A stretch of DNA of 64,000 bases from Candidatus Sericytochromatia bacterium. GTDB taxonomy: Bacteria; Cyanobacteriota; Sericytochromatia; S15B-MN24; JAQBPE01. The notes below the pieces were generated by a model, which was not told the DNA's origin, searched no databases, and worked only from the letters and a program-made list of their open reading frames with translations. The stretch spans positions 64,001-128,000 of the forward strand of contig JBBAPZ010000005.1 of NCBI GenBank assembly GCA_040400605.1, read 5' to 3'. The position numbers and the translations under genes were made by a program. The number at the start of each line of letters is the position of its first letter. The first letter of the stretch is position 1. Shown here piece after piece: positions 49,733-59,903 of the stretch.

Positions 49733-49910
49733 CCAGTGCCACACCGACTGTGACATTCGGAAAGTGCGACGGCACGGCGTGCCGGAAGGTAGGGGTGAGG
49801 GTTGTGAGGGCTTCATGGCGGGCCGGGTCTTCACACTGCCAGGTCAGTCCTGCGCTGTTACTGGATGTCAACACGGCTTCTTGAGCGCCAAACCTGAGTC
49901 GAACACGCAT
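49662..49910 (-). CDS. Small protein coupled to the 1245-aa gene; candidate immunity protein
   Basis: TAATG stop/start overlap at 49908-49912; 82 aa; no recognised motif. Confidence 0.6.
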   Translation of the reverse strand: MRVRLRFGAQEAVLTSSNSAGLTWQCEDPARHEALTTLTPTFRHAVPSHFPNVTVGVALEAARHFDGTIVAVEGLDSNETTS

Positions 49911-52900
49911 TAATGTTCCTCCTGGGCGCGCAGCAGTTTCCAGATGATGCGGAAGTGTTCCGGGTGATCGCGAATGAACGCGAATGGGTCACGGTGCAAC
50001 TGCTCCATGCCCATGCTCATGACTTCCGTGGCATGCAGATCATCCAGTTTTTCTGCTGGCTGATTACTGCCATCCTTGCGATAGGCCCTGGCGAGATAGG
50101 GATCCCAGATTGCCTTGGTTCCGGGCTTGATGACCCGGGTCATTTCGTCATCGCGATAACCAAGCGACACACCGGGGGCGACATGGCCGTAGGCGTCATT
50201 TAACGGGATCGCTTGGTCAAGGGTATGGTCGAGCACGAATTGTCCTGTCTCCCTGACGATGTCTGGCGCCTCAAGCTCAAGCCCGTGAGCCATTTCATGG
50301 ACCATGGTCTGGATTTGTCGTCTGGCATCACCCGATGCTCCCGGGTCCATCGAGATTGTCATTGTCGCGTTTGAATGGTTACTCCGCTCGTTTGCATTGT
50401 CAGGGTGTTTTCGCACGACGACGTGGCGATGGCCCGCCCGCGCACCTGCAATGGCCGCATAGGCTTCCAACCCTGCCTGATAAGCCTGTCTATCGGAATC
50501 GGGGATTTCAGGGTCAAAGTGCGCTGTGTATTGGGCCTTACCCGAGCTGGTGATGAGACTTTTGATCTCTGTCCGCGCGTCGCGTTGAAGCTGCTCAAAC
50601 TGTGCCTGCAACCGTTCAGAGCGACGCCGTAATGCCACCAGTTCGGGGGTCTGCTGTAAAGCGGAGTTTTCCATGGCATGATCGTTTGCACGGTGCGTGT
50701 CGGAATGGCTGGCAAGTTCGCTTTGCAGCGCGGTTATTCTTTGTTCCAACGCTTTTTTTTGTGCTTCAATGCGCACAAAACGGTCGTGATGGCGCTTGAC
50801 CGCATTGATTACCGCATTTGCCCCCTCTCCAGCGGGCAGTTTCGGACCCTTGGCAAACTCGAAATACTGGTTCAGGACCTCATCGGGGATGCGTTCGCCC
50901 TTCGCAACCGCTTGACGCACGAAGTCCCGATGAGAAGCCAACAATCCTCCCAGCTGTTCAATGGTGGCATGCTCGCGCCACAGCCCTAAAAACTCCTCGA
51001 TCGTTGTGGTGGGCGGCTTGAGAAAACTTTTGGCTTTCGTTGTTCCCCAAAGGCGTGCAAGGACTGGCTCACAGTCGGCTAGACTTCGCGACTCGAAGTC
51101 CTGTAACACTTTTATGGGCAAAGCCGCTGTCCCATGTCCCGTTTTTTTCGCTCGTTCAATTCTCAGGCCAACCATGTACCGATGGTTCGAGATGAGATCA
51201 ATGACCTTGAATTGAGACGTGCCCTCTGGAAAATGCGCCAGGTACTCAGCCAGCGTTTGATTGGTCATCTGGCGACTCAAGCTGTCAATCGCATGCTTTT
51301 CCTTGAGGTCGCCGACCAAATGAGCAAGTTCTTTTCGTTGCAATTCGGGGAATTCCTGCGCAGCAAAAGCAAGCAAATCTCGCTTAGCCGCCTCAAAGCG
51401 TCCTTGTGCCTGGGTTTGTTCCAGTCGCATGGCTGGCGTGCGATTTTGGTACAATGTCGCCCGTGCCTCGGCTTGCTGCATCCAAGCGGACTCGTAGCGT
51501 TCGACCAGGTCCGTGTAGTGGTCTTGCCAGTCAAATTCTTTTTTGTTTACAAGATTTTTGTAGGTGTTTTTCAACGCGGGTGGAGAATTGTGCAGTTGCT
51601 GCAAGCCTGAGTCGTCATAGAAAAAGTATTGTAAGCCCCTCAGATCATCGCCATTCGAATATGCGCGCATATACTCACGCAGTAGCGTTTTCCTTACATT
51701 AGCAGGCGCGAGCGCCAGCTGTGCCGTCATATCCTGACTGCCGGTCTGCTTGACCAGTGCCTTGACTCCTTCCCTGACGGCACTATGGATGGCTTTCTGT
51801 TGCTCAAGCAGCCGTTTCGTCTCGTTTCGGAGTCGATCCAGCTCGGGTGGTCGTTGTGGCTCCGGGTCCTGGGCGCTTCTGGTTCCCTGTGGATTCCGCT
51901 CTCGCCACCCACGATGCCGTTCGTCAAATTGGGCCGTCATCAAGCTGATTGTTTGCTCGATTTCGTTCCGCTGTGTTTGAATGTCTTGAATCTGCGATGC
52001 CTTGGCAGCCAATTCGTTGAGCGAACGACTGCCAGTGGCCCTGCCAGTGTCTGGCTGTCGGTCAATGGGCGATTTTTTTGCCCGTCCTGGCGCCGTCGCC
52101 TGCTGCGCAGACGAGCGCTGCTTGTTGTTCTGAGGCCCAGTTGGGAAGGAATCTGTCAGTGGCGCTTGGTTGTTGGGGGCTGTCTCGGTGGGGGGGTTTT
52201 CACGTGCGGGATTGCCCGTCCTGGGCGTTTCAGCCAAAACGCCTGCGTCATTATTCGCATTGCTTCCGGGTGGATGCTCCTCGGTGGGCGTAACGGGAGC
52301 ACTTTGCCGCAAGCGGCCTGCGATCGCACGCCCCGCGCCAGACGTCACGCCACCTTGCAGTGCGCCAGCCACGATCTGGTTCCGCAGGGATGCAGGGTCA
52401 AGCGCCTGTCCCGAGGCGAGCTGGTTCACGGCTGCTGCGGTTCCACCGGCGCTCGCGCCAGCCACGCTGCCTGAGGCCACCGTGCCAGCTGCGCGTCCGA
52501 GTCGACTTTGGCTCGCTGCGATGGCACGCGCGAGTGTGTCGTTGTGAACCGCACCGCGTGAAAGGGCACTGGCGCCGCGGGACAGTCCGGCGCCAACACC
52601 GGTTGCCGCGACGCCGCCGACGGCACCGCCTGCCGCGCCAAGCGCGGTTGCCCGTAACACGCCGTCCAGTTTTTCGCCTGAGGCGATCGCCTGGGCCCCA
52701 CTGGTGGTGCCGCCGAACCCTGCCCCCACAATGGCCTGGGTGCTCGCCCCAATCACAGCACGCCCAACACTGCCTTCCACGGCCTGTTGACCCACCATCC
52801 GCGCCGCCTGCCTGGCCACGCCTGAGGTCACAGCCGAGGATGCGCCACCTGTCACTGCGGCACCCAACCCACCTACCCCGCCAACCGCAAAAACTGCGAG

Positions 52901-53647
52901 GCCTTCCCGTTTGAGATCGAACTGATTGTCAAGCACGGCGCGCGCACCCAACGACAAGGTGCCGCCCCCCACAAAAGCCCCCGCTGCCAGCAACGGAACC
53001 CCAATCGGTGCACCAATGCCCGAGACGCTCAAGGCCACGCCAGCCATGACCGCCACGCCTGCCGCCATATCGCCCGCTACACCCGACCAGAACTTGTTGC
53101 CTGCAGACGCCTCTCCAAGCGCCTTGTCATAGGCGTTCACCCTGGTTTGTGCCTTTCGCAGGGCGGATTGCAACCCTCGCTCGGCATCCGGTTGACCGGA
53201 GGCAACCTGCTTCCGGTACGTGCGCAACGCATCGGATAACTCGTGTGCCATCGCGGATTGGGCTGCTGCGCGGGCTAGACCCAGACGGTCCTGCTGACCT
53301 CCAAACCGATTGACGACCTGGTTGAAACCCCGGGCCACGGCGTTACCGCTCAGGACCTTGCGATTCGCTTCATTCAGTTGGGCCACTTTGGCCTGCAGTT
53401 CGGCTGCCTGCCGTTCGAGATCAGGGGTATCAGATTTTTTTGCTGGTCTGCCGGCGACCGGGTAGGTCGCCACGGGATCGCGTCTGGCGTGTTGGTTGCG
53501 GGTTGTTCCTGCGAAGTGGTCGGCCACGCGACTGGATGCGGACTGTACGTGGCGGTTGACCACCACCGAAGGACCAACCACCATTGAACGGCGGTCGGGA
53601 ACCTGGCCCAGTGGTCTTTCAACCTTGCTCAAACGCCCTTCCCCCAA
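49910..53647 (-). CDS. Large candidate polymorphic toxin with C-terminal zincin metallopeptidase
   Basis: N-terminal coiled coil, long Gly/Ala-rich hydrophobic region, polar linker, helical region, HEMAH (HExxH) at 50285-50299 and downstream TEVMSMGME. Start codon uncertain. Confidence 0.7.
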   Translation of the reverse strand: MGEGRLSKVERPLGQVPDRRSMVVGPSVVVNRHVQSASSRVADHFAGTTRNQHARRDPVATYPVAGRPAKKSDTPDLERQAAELQAKVAQLNEANRKVLSGNAVARGFNQVVNRFGGQQDRLGLARAAAQSAMAHELSDALRTYRKQVASGQPDAERGLQSALRKAQTRVNAYDKALGEASAGNKFWSGVAGDMAAGVAVMAGVALSVSGIGAPIGVPLLAAGAFVGGGTLSLGARAVLDNQFDLKREGLAVFAVGGVGGLGAAVTGGASSAVTSGVARQAARMVGQQAVEGSVGRAVIGASTQAIVGAGFGGTTSGAQAIASGEKLDGVLRATALGAAGGAVGGVAATGVGAGLSRGASALSRGAVHNDTLARAIAASQSRLGRAAGTVASGSVAGASAGGTAAAVNQLASGQALDPASLRNQIVAGALQGGVTSGAGRAIAGRLRQSAPVTPTEEHPPGSNANNDAGVLAETPRTGNPARENPPTETAPNNQAPLTDSFPTGPQNNKQRSSAQQATAPGRAKKSPIDRQPDTGRATGSRSLNELAAKASQIQDIQTQRNEIEQTISLMTAQFDERHRGWRERNPQGTRSAQDPEPQRPPELDRLRNETKRLLEQQKAIHSAVREGVKALVKQTGSQDMTAQLALAPANVRKTLLREYMRAYSNGDDLRGLQYFFYDDSGLQQLHNSPPALKNTYKNLVNKKEFDWQDHYTDLVERYESAWMQQAEARATLYQNRTPAMRLEQTQAQGRFEAAKRDLLAFAAQEFPELQRKELAHLVGDLKEKHAIDSLSRQMTNQTLAEYLAHFPEGTSQFKVIDLISNHRYMVGLRIERAKKTGHGTAALPIKVLQDFESRSLADCEPVLARLWGTTKAKSFLKPPTTTIEEFLGLWREHATIEQLGGLLASHRDFVRQAVAKGERIPDEVLNQYFEFAKGPKLPAGEGANAVINAVKRHHDRFVRIEAQKKALEQRITALQSELASHSDTHRANDHAMENSALQQTPELVALRRRSERLQAQFEQLQRDARTEIKSLITSSGKAQYTAHFDPEIPDSDRQAYQAGLEAYAAIAGARAGHRHVVVRKHPDNANERSNHSNATMTISMDPGASGDARRQIQTMVHEMAHGLELEAPDIVRETGQFVLDHTLDQAIPLNDAYGHVAPGVSLGYRDDEMTRVIKPGTKAIWDPYLARAYRKDGSNQPAEKLDDLHATEVMSMGMEQLHRDPFAFIRDHPEHFRIIWKLLRAQEEH

Positions 53648-53907
53648 CGTAAGCCCCAGCTTGACGGGTCTTCCAACTAACGCTTCCCTGACTGGTATTC
53701 TCGTGACGGCGTTTGCTTGATGACAGCGAGGCGCAGCCTGATAAACTGGGTTGCCACCAAATCTTGAACAGAAACCGATGCGTTACCGTGTCGCTTGCCA
53801 GGGCGCGGCAGAGTCCGTTTACCGCTTTTCAAGGGCGGGGGGCTCACAACGTGCCTCTTTATTTTTTACCCTTGTCAAAGATGGGCAAAACGAGGCACCA
53901 TGCTCAG

Positions 53908-54015
53908 GGAATCATCAGATTAAGCGTTCGGTCTACCGGATTTCGGCACCATCACGACGCAAGAACACCACGCAATGGTGCCAGCAACCGCCGAATGCTA
54001 CAAACGTTTAACGAA
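53908..54015 (+). repeat. Dispersed 108-bp intergenic element, copy B
   Basis: Ungapped alignment to copies A and C; the core ACCACGCAATGGTGCCA is invariant in all three. Confidence 0.9.
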
Positions 54016-54174
54016 CATCGGATGGGTGGGTGTTTTGGTTGCGGTGCGCGACTGCGCGTGTTAACCAGGTGCGCCCCGACATTGGAATGCTTGCCTGTAC
54101 CGCTGCAAGCCTGCTACCAAAGGTGCGCGGTATACTAAGCACGTGGATGTGGCAGTGTAAAGGGGGGGTGCTGT

Positions 54175-54786
54175 ATGGCGATGGATACCGAGCGACCGTT
54201 GGTGGATTCGTGCTACCTGGAGCGATTGGGTGAAGGCACCATGTCGGTTTGTGTCGGTGACACACGGTTTGAGCTGAAGGTTGGCATGCAAGGTGTGCGT
54301 CTGTTTGAAGGGGGCCGGGAAGTGGGTGGTTCCGGTTGGGGGGCCTTGCAGGGATTTCTCGTTCATCAGCAACGGCGGATGGCGTCGCTGGTGGGCGATC
54401 GCCGGATTAGCAGCTCCTTGGGAGAGCATCCAGAGTTTAAAAATACAATTTTGCCCTACCTGTATGTGAATACCTATCCACAGGATCGCCTGGTCAGGGG
54501 TGGCACGCGGCGGCGCATTGAAGTGCGTGTGCCCAGTCTGCAAGAAGCCGAACGTTTGATGGGAATTGAGATTGCGTGCGCCAATCCTGAATGCTTGCAT
54601 GCCATACGGCCGTTTCGCCCGCGCGCGAAGGGCAACCCCTTAAGACTGTTCGTGGGTTTCACATGTCCGATTGAGGAGTCAGTTGCGTGTGCGCGTACCC
54701 GTGGCGCCAAGGAGGCCATGGAGACCCTTGCCACATTGATTGAAGCCGCAGGGCAATTCTGCGCGAATGATGTCACCCGGCGCTGA
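54175..54786 (+). CDS. Hypothetical protein with C-terminal Cys cluster
   Basis: 203-aa ORF with CANPEC.H and later TC......C; G-rich RBS-like sequence upstream. Confidence 0.6.
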   Translation: MAMDTERPLVDSCYLERLGEGTMSVCVGDTRFELKVGMQGVRLFEGGREVGGSGWGALQGFLVHQQRRMASLVGDRRISSSLGEHPEFKNTILPYLYVNTYPQDRLVRGGTRRRIEVRVPSLQEAERLMGIEIACANPECLHAIRPFRPRAKGNPLRLFVGFTCPIEESVACARTRGAKEAMETLATLIEAAGQFCANDVTRR

Positions 54787-55031
54787 TGGCCATCGACTTG
54801 ACAGGTTCAGCGATAGCGATGACGAGCGACGATACAGAACCGCGTTGCTTGGCGATTGAATTTTGGTTGCCATCAAAGGTAGCGAGTGATTGGTTGATGT
54901 TTTGGGTTTGCTGCAAAAGCTTTGAACAAAAACCCAAGTGTCATCATATCGTGGTGTGCCAATCGACGATGGGCGGTATGTTGCCGCTGGTTTAGATACA
55001 ATGGTTTTTAAGCAGTTTTTTTGAGATACGT

Positions 55032-55376
55032 CTAGCCACGCCGGTGTTCCGTGATACGCTCGCGTTGGGGAGTAAATGCGGCACGCAAGACGGGCAGCGC
55101 GAGGTGAGGGTCACTGTTGCCGCATGTGAAAACATCGGCAGCGAGGTAGCCTACTTCTGGCCAGGTATGGATGCTGGCGTGTGATTCCGCGAGCAAAGCG
55201 AGTGCGGTCACCCCACAACCGGGGCCAAAATGGTGTACGGTAACCGCGAGTACGTTGACATCGCACGCGTGGGCCGCCGCACGCAGCGCCTGCTCGACCG
55301 TCATGGCATCCCCGAGATGGCTCGCCCCCCAAAAATCAATCAGAATGTGGGTTCCCGGCTTGATCATCTCGGTCAT
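55032..55376 (-). CDS. speD: S-adenosylmethionine decarboxylase proenzyme (short class)
   Basis: GTHILIDFWG, LLAESHASIHTWPE (E-S self-cleavage site), ADVFTCG. ATGA overlap at 55373-55376. Confidence 0.92.
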   Translation of the reverse strand: MTEMIKPGTHILIDFWGASHLGDAMTVEQALRAAAHACDVNVLAVTVHHFGPGCGVTALALLAESHASIHTWPEVGYLAADVFTCGNSDPHLALPVLRAAFTPQRERITEHRRG

Positions 55377-56485
55377 CGTGGCAGGTTCGCCTGATAAAAC
55401 AAAATGTGTTTCCATGCGTGATGTTCCTTGGTCATTCTCCAGATGTAGGCATCGAGGACATAGTGTGTGGCCTGAGGTACCGCGAGCAAGGGCACCAGCC
55501 ACGCGAGCGTGATCTCGGATGTGATCGCAGGCATGGCAAAAAAGTCCGTAAAGAACTCGGGGTGTTCGCGCCATATCAGTCCATCCCATACCCCTTCCTC
55601 GATGAACGCCAGCACCACCAGGATCCCTAAGTACACAGGCCACGCCCGGGGTGTGAACAGCCGGTCGCCGATACTGAAGGCCACCGGCCTCAGGCTGGCG
55701 CGCCACAGGGTGCGGTTGCGTCCATACAGCCAGATCAACGCCAGATAGGGAATACCGTGCGCACAGACATTGGTGGCGGTAAAAATAAGGTCATTATCAA
55801 AGACCACGATCCCCAACAGCCAGGACAGGGCTGTCCCACCAAGCAGAAGATTCTTGGGCACGTTCAGATATCCTGTCTGAAACGCGCCAACTGTCTCTTT
55901 CCCCAGGTACAGCAAAACGAGAACGGCATAGATGGTCGCACACACGGGGGTGAGCAGTGGCCAGTCAAACTGAACAAAATCATCGGCTATGAACCAGGCA
56001 AACTGTCTGGGTTGCAAATGCCAGAAAAGAAGCGGAAACATTGTGGCTGCATAGATCACGCTCGTGTCGAGCAGGCGCGCAAAACGCCCGTTTCGCGCGT
56101 CGTGGCGGGCATAGATGGCGAAAAGGCCGTATTGCTGGCGCACGAAGTGAAAAACGGCAAGGTATGCCAGGGCCCGCCAAAAGAGCAAAGCCCCCAGTTG
56201 ATACAGGGCGATACCGGCAAGCCAGGTCACAAGCGGCGTCAACAGGTACAGTACACGGCGTGTACGCCACTCATCGGTATCAAGGTAGGTGCGAAAAAGG
56301 GTCCCATACACGTGAGCGACATCCACGCCCACCACCAGCACGAGCCAGGCCCAGGCTGGCAGGAACGGCAATCCCAGCAATGTCTCGCGCCAGAACAGAA
56401 CGACTGCGCAGATGAGGAATGCTGGTGCGAGAATGAGGGTGAGGTCAAAACGGGCGGAGTGAATCCACGGTTGGGGTTGACTCAT
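55373..56485 (-). CDS. Multi-pass membrane protein with conserved His motifs
   Basis: VDVAHVY.TL.RTY.D, HFVRQQYG, HGIPY, PQATHY.LD..IW. ATGA overlaps at both ends. Confidence 0.75.
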   Translation of the reverse strand: MSQPQPWIHSARFDLTLILAPAFLICAVVLFWRETLLGLPFLPAWAWLVLVVGVDVAHVYGTLFRTYLDTDEWRTRRVLYLLTPLVTWLAGIALYQLGALLFWRALAYLAVFHFVRQQYGLFAIYARHDARNGRFARLLDTSVIYAATMFPLLFWHLQPRQFAWFIADDFVQFDWPLLTPVCATIYAVLVLLYLGKETVGAFQTGYLNVPKNLLLGGTALSWLLGIVVFDNDLIFTATNVCAHGIPYLALIWLYGRNRTLWRASLRPVAFSIGDRLFTPRAWPVYLGILVVLAFIEEGVWDGLIWREHPEFFTDFFAMPAITSEITLAWLVPLLAVPQATHYVLDAYIWRMTKEHHAWKHILFYQANLPR

Positions 56486-58113
56486 GCGCGCCCCTCGCGG
56501 CTCGCCTGAAGATGTTTGATGACCTGCAAGGCGGCCAGATGTCCCTGGGTGAATGCTTCCTCGAAAAGGGACAGTCCTGCCAGGTCCGAGTGGGCGGTAA
56601 AGACTGGGGGATGCTGACGCCGGGCTTTGGCACGTGTCTCGCCCCAGATGAAACCCGGTGTGGGACGCACCATCGCATGACCCCATAGCCAGATGTCCAC
56701 CTGTTCGATCGCCCCTGCCAGGTCAGGGTGGATGCGCAGAAGTTCATCCAAAAAGATCCGTTGCCACTCCTCGTAAGGCCGTGCCATCGCCTCTTGCCGT
56801 GCGGTAGTTGGTTCGGTATGACTAAGTGGCCAGTAGTAGGTGAGCACCGTCTTGAGTGGGTGCATCTGTGGCGTCTGGTGGGAGGCCACCACATAACCGA
56901 GCAGGGGACTGTCGTACACGACATTGTCCCAGGCGAGTGATGCTTGGCCTGTGTCTGGCAGGCGCGACAGCGTGATGTTAGCAACGGCCCACGGTGCGTA
57001 ACTGAAGCCTTCGCTTGAAAGTGTGAAACGCTCCGATTGCACGAGTCGTGATGCGATAAAACGCGGGGTTGCGACAATCGCCGCGCGGGCTTCAATCCGG
57101 CAGGCAAGTTGCTGTTGCGTGTTCCAATAGTCGACCCACACGTGGTCTCCGCGATCCAGCACCCGATAGGTCAGCGCCTGGGTGATCAGGTGGTCCCGTT
57201 GGGGTTCAAGCAAACGCTGCACCAGGTAGCCATTGCCCTCGGGCCAAGTCAGAACATTGGCATCTTCCGCATTTGCAGCGTCGCTACGGCGGGAGGCGAA
57301 ATAATGCAGTCCTGCCCAGGCGGAAGCCGTCGTGATCGGGGTGCCGTAGTCATCACGGCAGGCGTAATTGATGTACCAGAGCAAGCCGGGCGCATCATAA
57401 CCCTCCCGTTTGAGCCAGGCCTGCATGGTCAATTGGTCAAGGGCAAGCCATTCGGGGTCCTGGGAGCTGTGATCGACCGGAATGGTGAAGACCCGCCGAC
57501 CATCTCGGCCGCGTCGGTGTCGGAGTGTCTGAACGTAGGCCATAAATCGCCTGATTTGGGCGGTTTCAGCCGGGGTTTGCCCACTGACCGGAATGAGGCC
57601 CTCTTGCCAGCGACCGTAAATGTACAGGCGTTCGTGCGGGGCGGCGCACAGGTGGTAGTCGTTGTAGATGGAGCGCCCGCGTTCATCCTCACCCGTGATG
57701 ATGCCCACATCCTTGAACCATTGTCGTAGCGCGTGCGCCTCGTCATTGAGCAGTGGCACGTAATGGGCGCCCCAGGGATATGCGCTGACGGCATTGTGAC
57801 CATACGCCGAATTGCCGCCAGCCGTGGCTTCCAGTTCCAGTATCTGATAGTCCCTGTATCCCGCGCGCCTGAGTTGATCCCCTGCGGTCAGGCCCGTGAT
57901 TCCGCCCCCCACGATCACCACATCCGTCGTGGTCATTGGGCCTGTCACCTCAAAATGACTGTGACGCAATTGATGCCCCAAGGCCGCGTTGGCACCCACA
58001 ATTCGGCCGGGAATCCGCACTGGCGCGGCGGTTGGCCTAAAAAAACGTCCGACCGCACCCAGGCCCAGGCCCCCCAGACCACCCATCAGTAACTGTCGAC
58101 GCGATATCTTCAC
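56482..58113 (-). CDS. FAD-dependent oxidoreductase (flavin amine oxidase-like) with twin-arginine-like N-terminus
   Basis: SRRQLL, DVVIVGGGITGL, GGNS, PWGAHY, WGHAMVRP, SLFEEA. GTG start at 58113. Confidence 0.85.
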   Translation of the reverse strand: MKISRRQLLMGGLGGLGLGAVGRFFRPTAAPVRIPGRIVGANAALGHQLRHSHFEVTGPMTTTDVVIVGGGITGLTAGDQLRRAGYRDYQILELEATAGGNSAYGHNAVSAYPWGAHYVPLLNDEAHALRQWFKDVGIITGEDERGRSIYNDYHLCAAPHERLYIYGRWQEGLIPVSGQTPAETAQIRRFMAYVQTLRHRRGRDGRRVFTIPVDHSSQDPEWLALDQLTMQAWLKREGYDAPGLLWYINYACRDDYGTPITTASAWAGLHYFASRRSDAANAEDANVLTWPEGNGYLVQRLLEPQRDHLITQALTYRVLDRGDHVWVDYWNTQQQLACRIEARAAIVATPRFIASRLVQSERFTLSSEGFSYAPWAVANITLSRLPDTGQASLAWDNVVYDSPLLGYVVASHQTPQMHPLKTVLTYYWPLSHTEPTTARQEAMARPYEEWQRIFLDELLRIHPDLAGAIEQVDIWLWGHAMVRPTPGFIWGETRAKARRQHPPVFTAHSDLAGLSLFEEAFTQGHLAALQVIKHLQASREGRA

Positions 58114-58132
58114 TGGCGTTTCCTGATGACGA

Positions 58133-59650
58133 TCAGTTGTAAATGATGTAGCGGGACCATTCCTGGTCAAAATAGTGAATGAGTGCCTGATCGTCCAGTC
58201 GTTGGATGCGGGTATCCACCGAAGACATATCCGGCGGAAAATGCAGCATCTGCTGCAAGGTGTCGGCGGAGAGGAACCGTAGACCAGTCGGAAAGTTGGT
58301 CGGAGGATGGTAGGGAGTGCGCCCCGCGATGATGAAGCCCCATTCACCGAACGAGGGAACGTAGGCGTGGTAGGGTGTTGGAACCCAGGCGGCTGCTTCG
58401 AGGGTATGGTTGACACACCAGAAGGATTGTCTCGCAATGAGTGGTGAGGTGCTCTGGATAACGGCGAGTCCCTCAGGGGCCAACACGTGGTGCAGGAGCT
58501 TGAAAAAACTGACGGAGTAGAGTTTGCCGACCGAAAAATTTGAGGGGTCGGGGAGGTCGATCACAATGGCATCGTAGCGGCGCGCATTCAGGTTGCTTTG
58601 CTGGTCACGCAGCCATCGATACGCATCCTGATTCAATACCGTGACCGACGGATGTTCAAGCGACCGCGAATTGAGTGAGGAGAGCATGGGATTTGAGCGA
58701 AACAAACGGGTCATTTCCGGGTCGAGATCGACCAGGGTGACGCTTTGAATCGAGGGGTAGCGCAGGATTTCCCGCAAGGCCAGCCCGTCACCGCCTCCGA
58801 TGATCAGGACGTGACGGGGCTTGGCAATGGCACTGAGAATCGGATGCACCAGGGCTTCGTGGTAGCGGTATTCATCCATTGAGCTGAATTGCAGGTTGGC
58901 GTTGAGATAAAGGCGAAGGTCCTGGGCTTGTCGCGTCACGACGATGCGCTGATACGGGGTGGTTTTCGCCAGAACGACCTTGCCTGGGTAATGGGAGGCG
59001 TCTGCGAGGCCCATCATCGGTTCGGCAAAGGCGAATCCTGCGATGAGCAGCGATAAAACGGCAAATGCAGCCATTTTCTGGAGGGGATGAGGCTTGAATT
59101 CCTGGGGAATGGCATACATGGCCCAAACAGCGACCAGGGTATTCAGGATGCCGAACAGAAATGCGGTCCGGAGCAGTCCGAGTTGTGGCACCAGTATCAG
59201 GGGAAACAGCAGGGACGCGAAGAGGGCGCCGATGTAGTCAAAGGTGAAGACGCGCGACACCAGGTCGCGAAACTCGAAGCGATCCTGGAGAATCCGTAGC
59301 AGGACCGGGATTTCGATGCCCACGAGGATGCCGATGATGGCGACGGTGGTGTAGAGCAGGAGCCGGAAATGCTGGATGTGCTCGAAACCCAAAAACAGCA
59401 AGGCGGCCGAGGAACCGCCCACCAGACCGACCAGAATTTCGACATGAATGAAGAACCCCAGCAAATTGCGGGTGATGTAGCGTGAAAGCCAGGAGCCGAT
59501 GCCCATGGCGAACAGGTAGCAACCAATGATGGTTGAGAACTGGGTCACCGAATCACCCAGCAGGTAACTGGCGAGTGTGCCTGCGATCAGTTCATAAATC
59601 AGCCCACACGTGGCGATGATGAAGACCGAAATCAGCAGCAGGATTTCCAA
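58133..59650 (-). CDS. speE: Membrane-fused polyamine aminopropyltransferase (spermidine synthase-like)
   Basis: About 7 N-terminal TM segments, then TPYQRI, LQFSSMDEYRYHEALVHP, VLIIGGGDG, VDLDP, IDLPDP, VPSFGEWGF. Confidence 0.92.
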   Translation of the reverse strand: MEILLLISVFIIATCGLIYELIAGTLASYLLGDSVTQFSTIIGCYLFAMGIGSWLSRYITRNLLGFFIHVEILVGLVGGSSAALLFLGFEHIQHFRLLLYTTVAIIGILVGIEIPVLLRILQDRFEFRDLVSRVFTFDYIGALFASLLFPLILVPQLGLLRTAFLFGILNTLVAVWAMYAIPQEFKPHPLQKMAAFAVLSLLIAGFAFAEPMMGLADASHYPGKVVLAKTTPYQRIVVTRQAQDLRLYLNANLQFSSMDEYRYHEALVHPILSAIAKPRHVLIIGGGDGLALREILRYPSIQSVTLVDLDPEMTRLFRSNPMLSSLNSRSLEHPSVTVLNQDAYRWLRDQQSNLNARRYDAIVIDLPDPSNFSVGKLYSVSFFKLLHHVLAPEGLAVIQSTSPLIARQSFWCVNHTLEAAAWVPTPYHAYVPSFGEWGFIIAGRTPYHPPTNFPTGLRFLSADTLQQMLHFPPDMSSVDTRIQRLDDQALIHYFDQEWSRYIIYN

Positions 59651-59665
59651 GCGGCGATCCTTGTG

Positions 59666-59893
59666 TTAACCGTGAATGGCTGCAGCGATGATGGTGGCGA
59701 TCCCATAGGCGATCGCCCCCAGGAAGATGGCAACCGCCACATTCTGCTTCTCAACCAGTTCTTCCCAGACGGCGAACCGTGGCTTCAGCCAATCCAGCAG
59801 CAGAAAGTAGACCGTGTACGTCAGCACCCCGAGTGCCGAATAGACAATCGCCGCAACCAGGTTCTTGATTGGGATGATGTCGTGCAATTCCAT
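59666..59893 (-). CDS. DUF350 family membrane protein
   Basis: YSALG....W.ELVEKQNVAVAIFLGA..GIA.IIAAAIHG; AAGGAG RBS. Confidence 0.85.
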   Translation of the reverse strand: MELHDIIPIKNLVAAIVYSALGVLTYTVYFLLLDWLKPRFAVWEELVEKQNVAVAIFLGAIAYGIATIIAAAIHG

Positions 59894-59903
59894 CCTGAAC
59901 TCC

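Noticed and set aside
53751..54011. The dispersed element as a protein-coding remnant (86-aa ORF ending in copy B)
   Set aside because: Copy A has an in-frame stop, and differences between copies are not concentrated at third positions.
45594..58437. Long N-terminal extensions in the ORF track (sigma 46556, speD 55706, membrane protein 56686, oxidase 58437)
   Set aside because: They overlap upstream genes or lack an RBS; downstream starts with RBS or ATGA coupling fit better.
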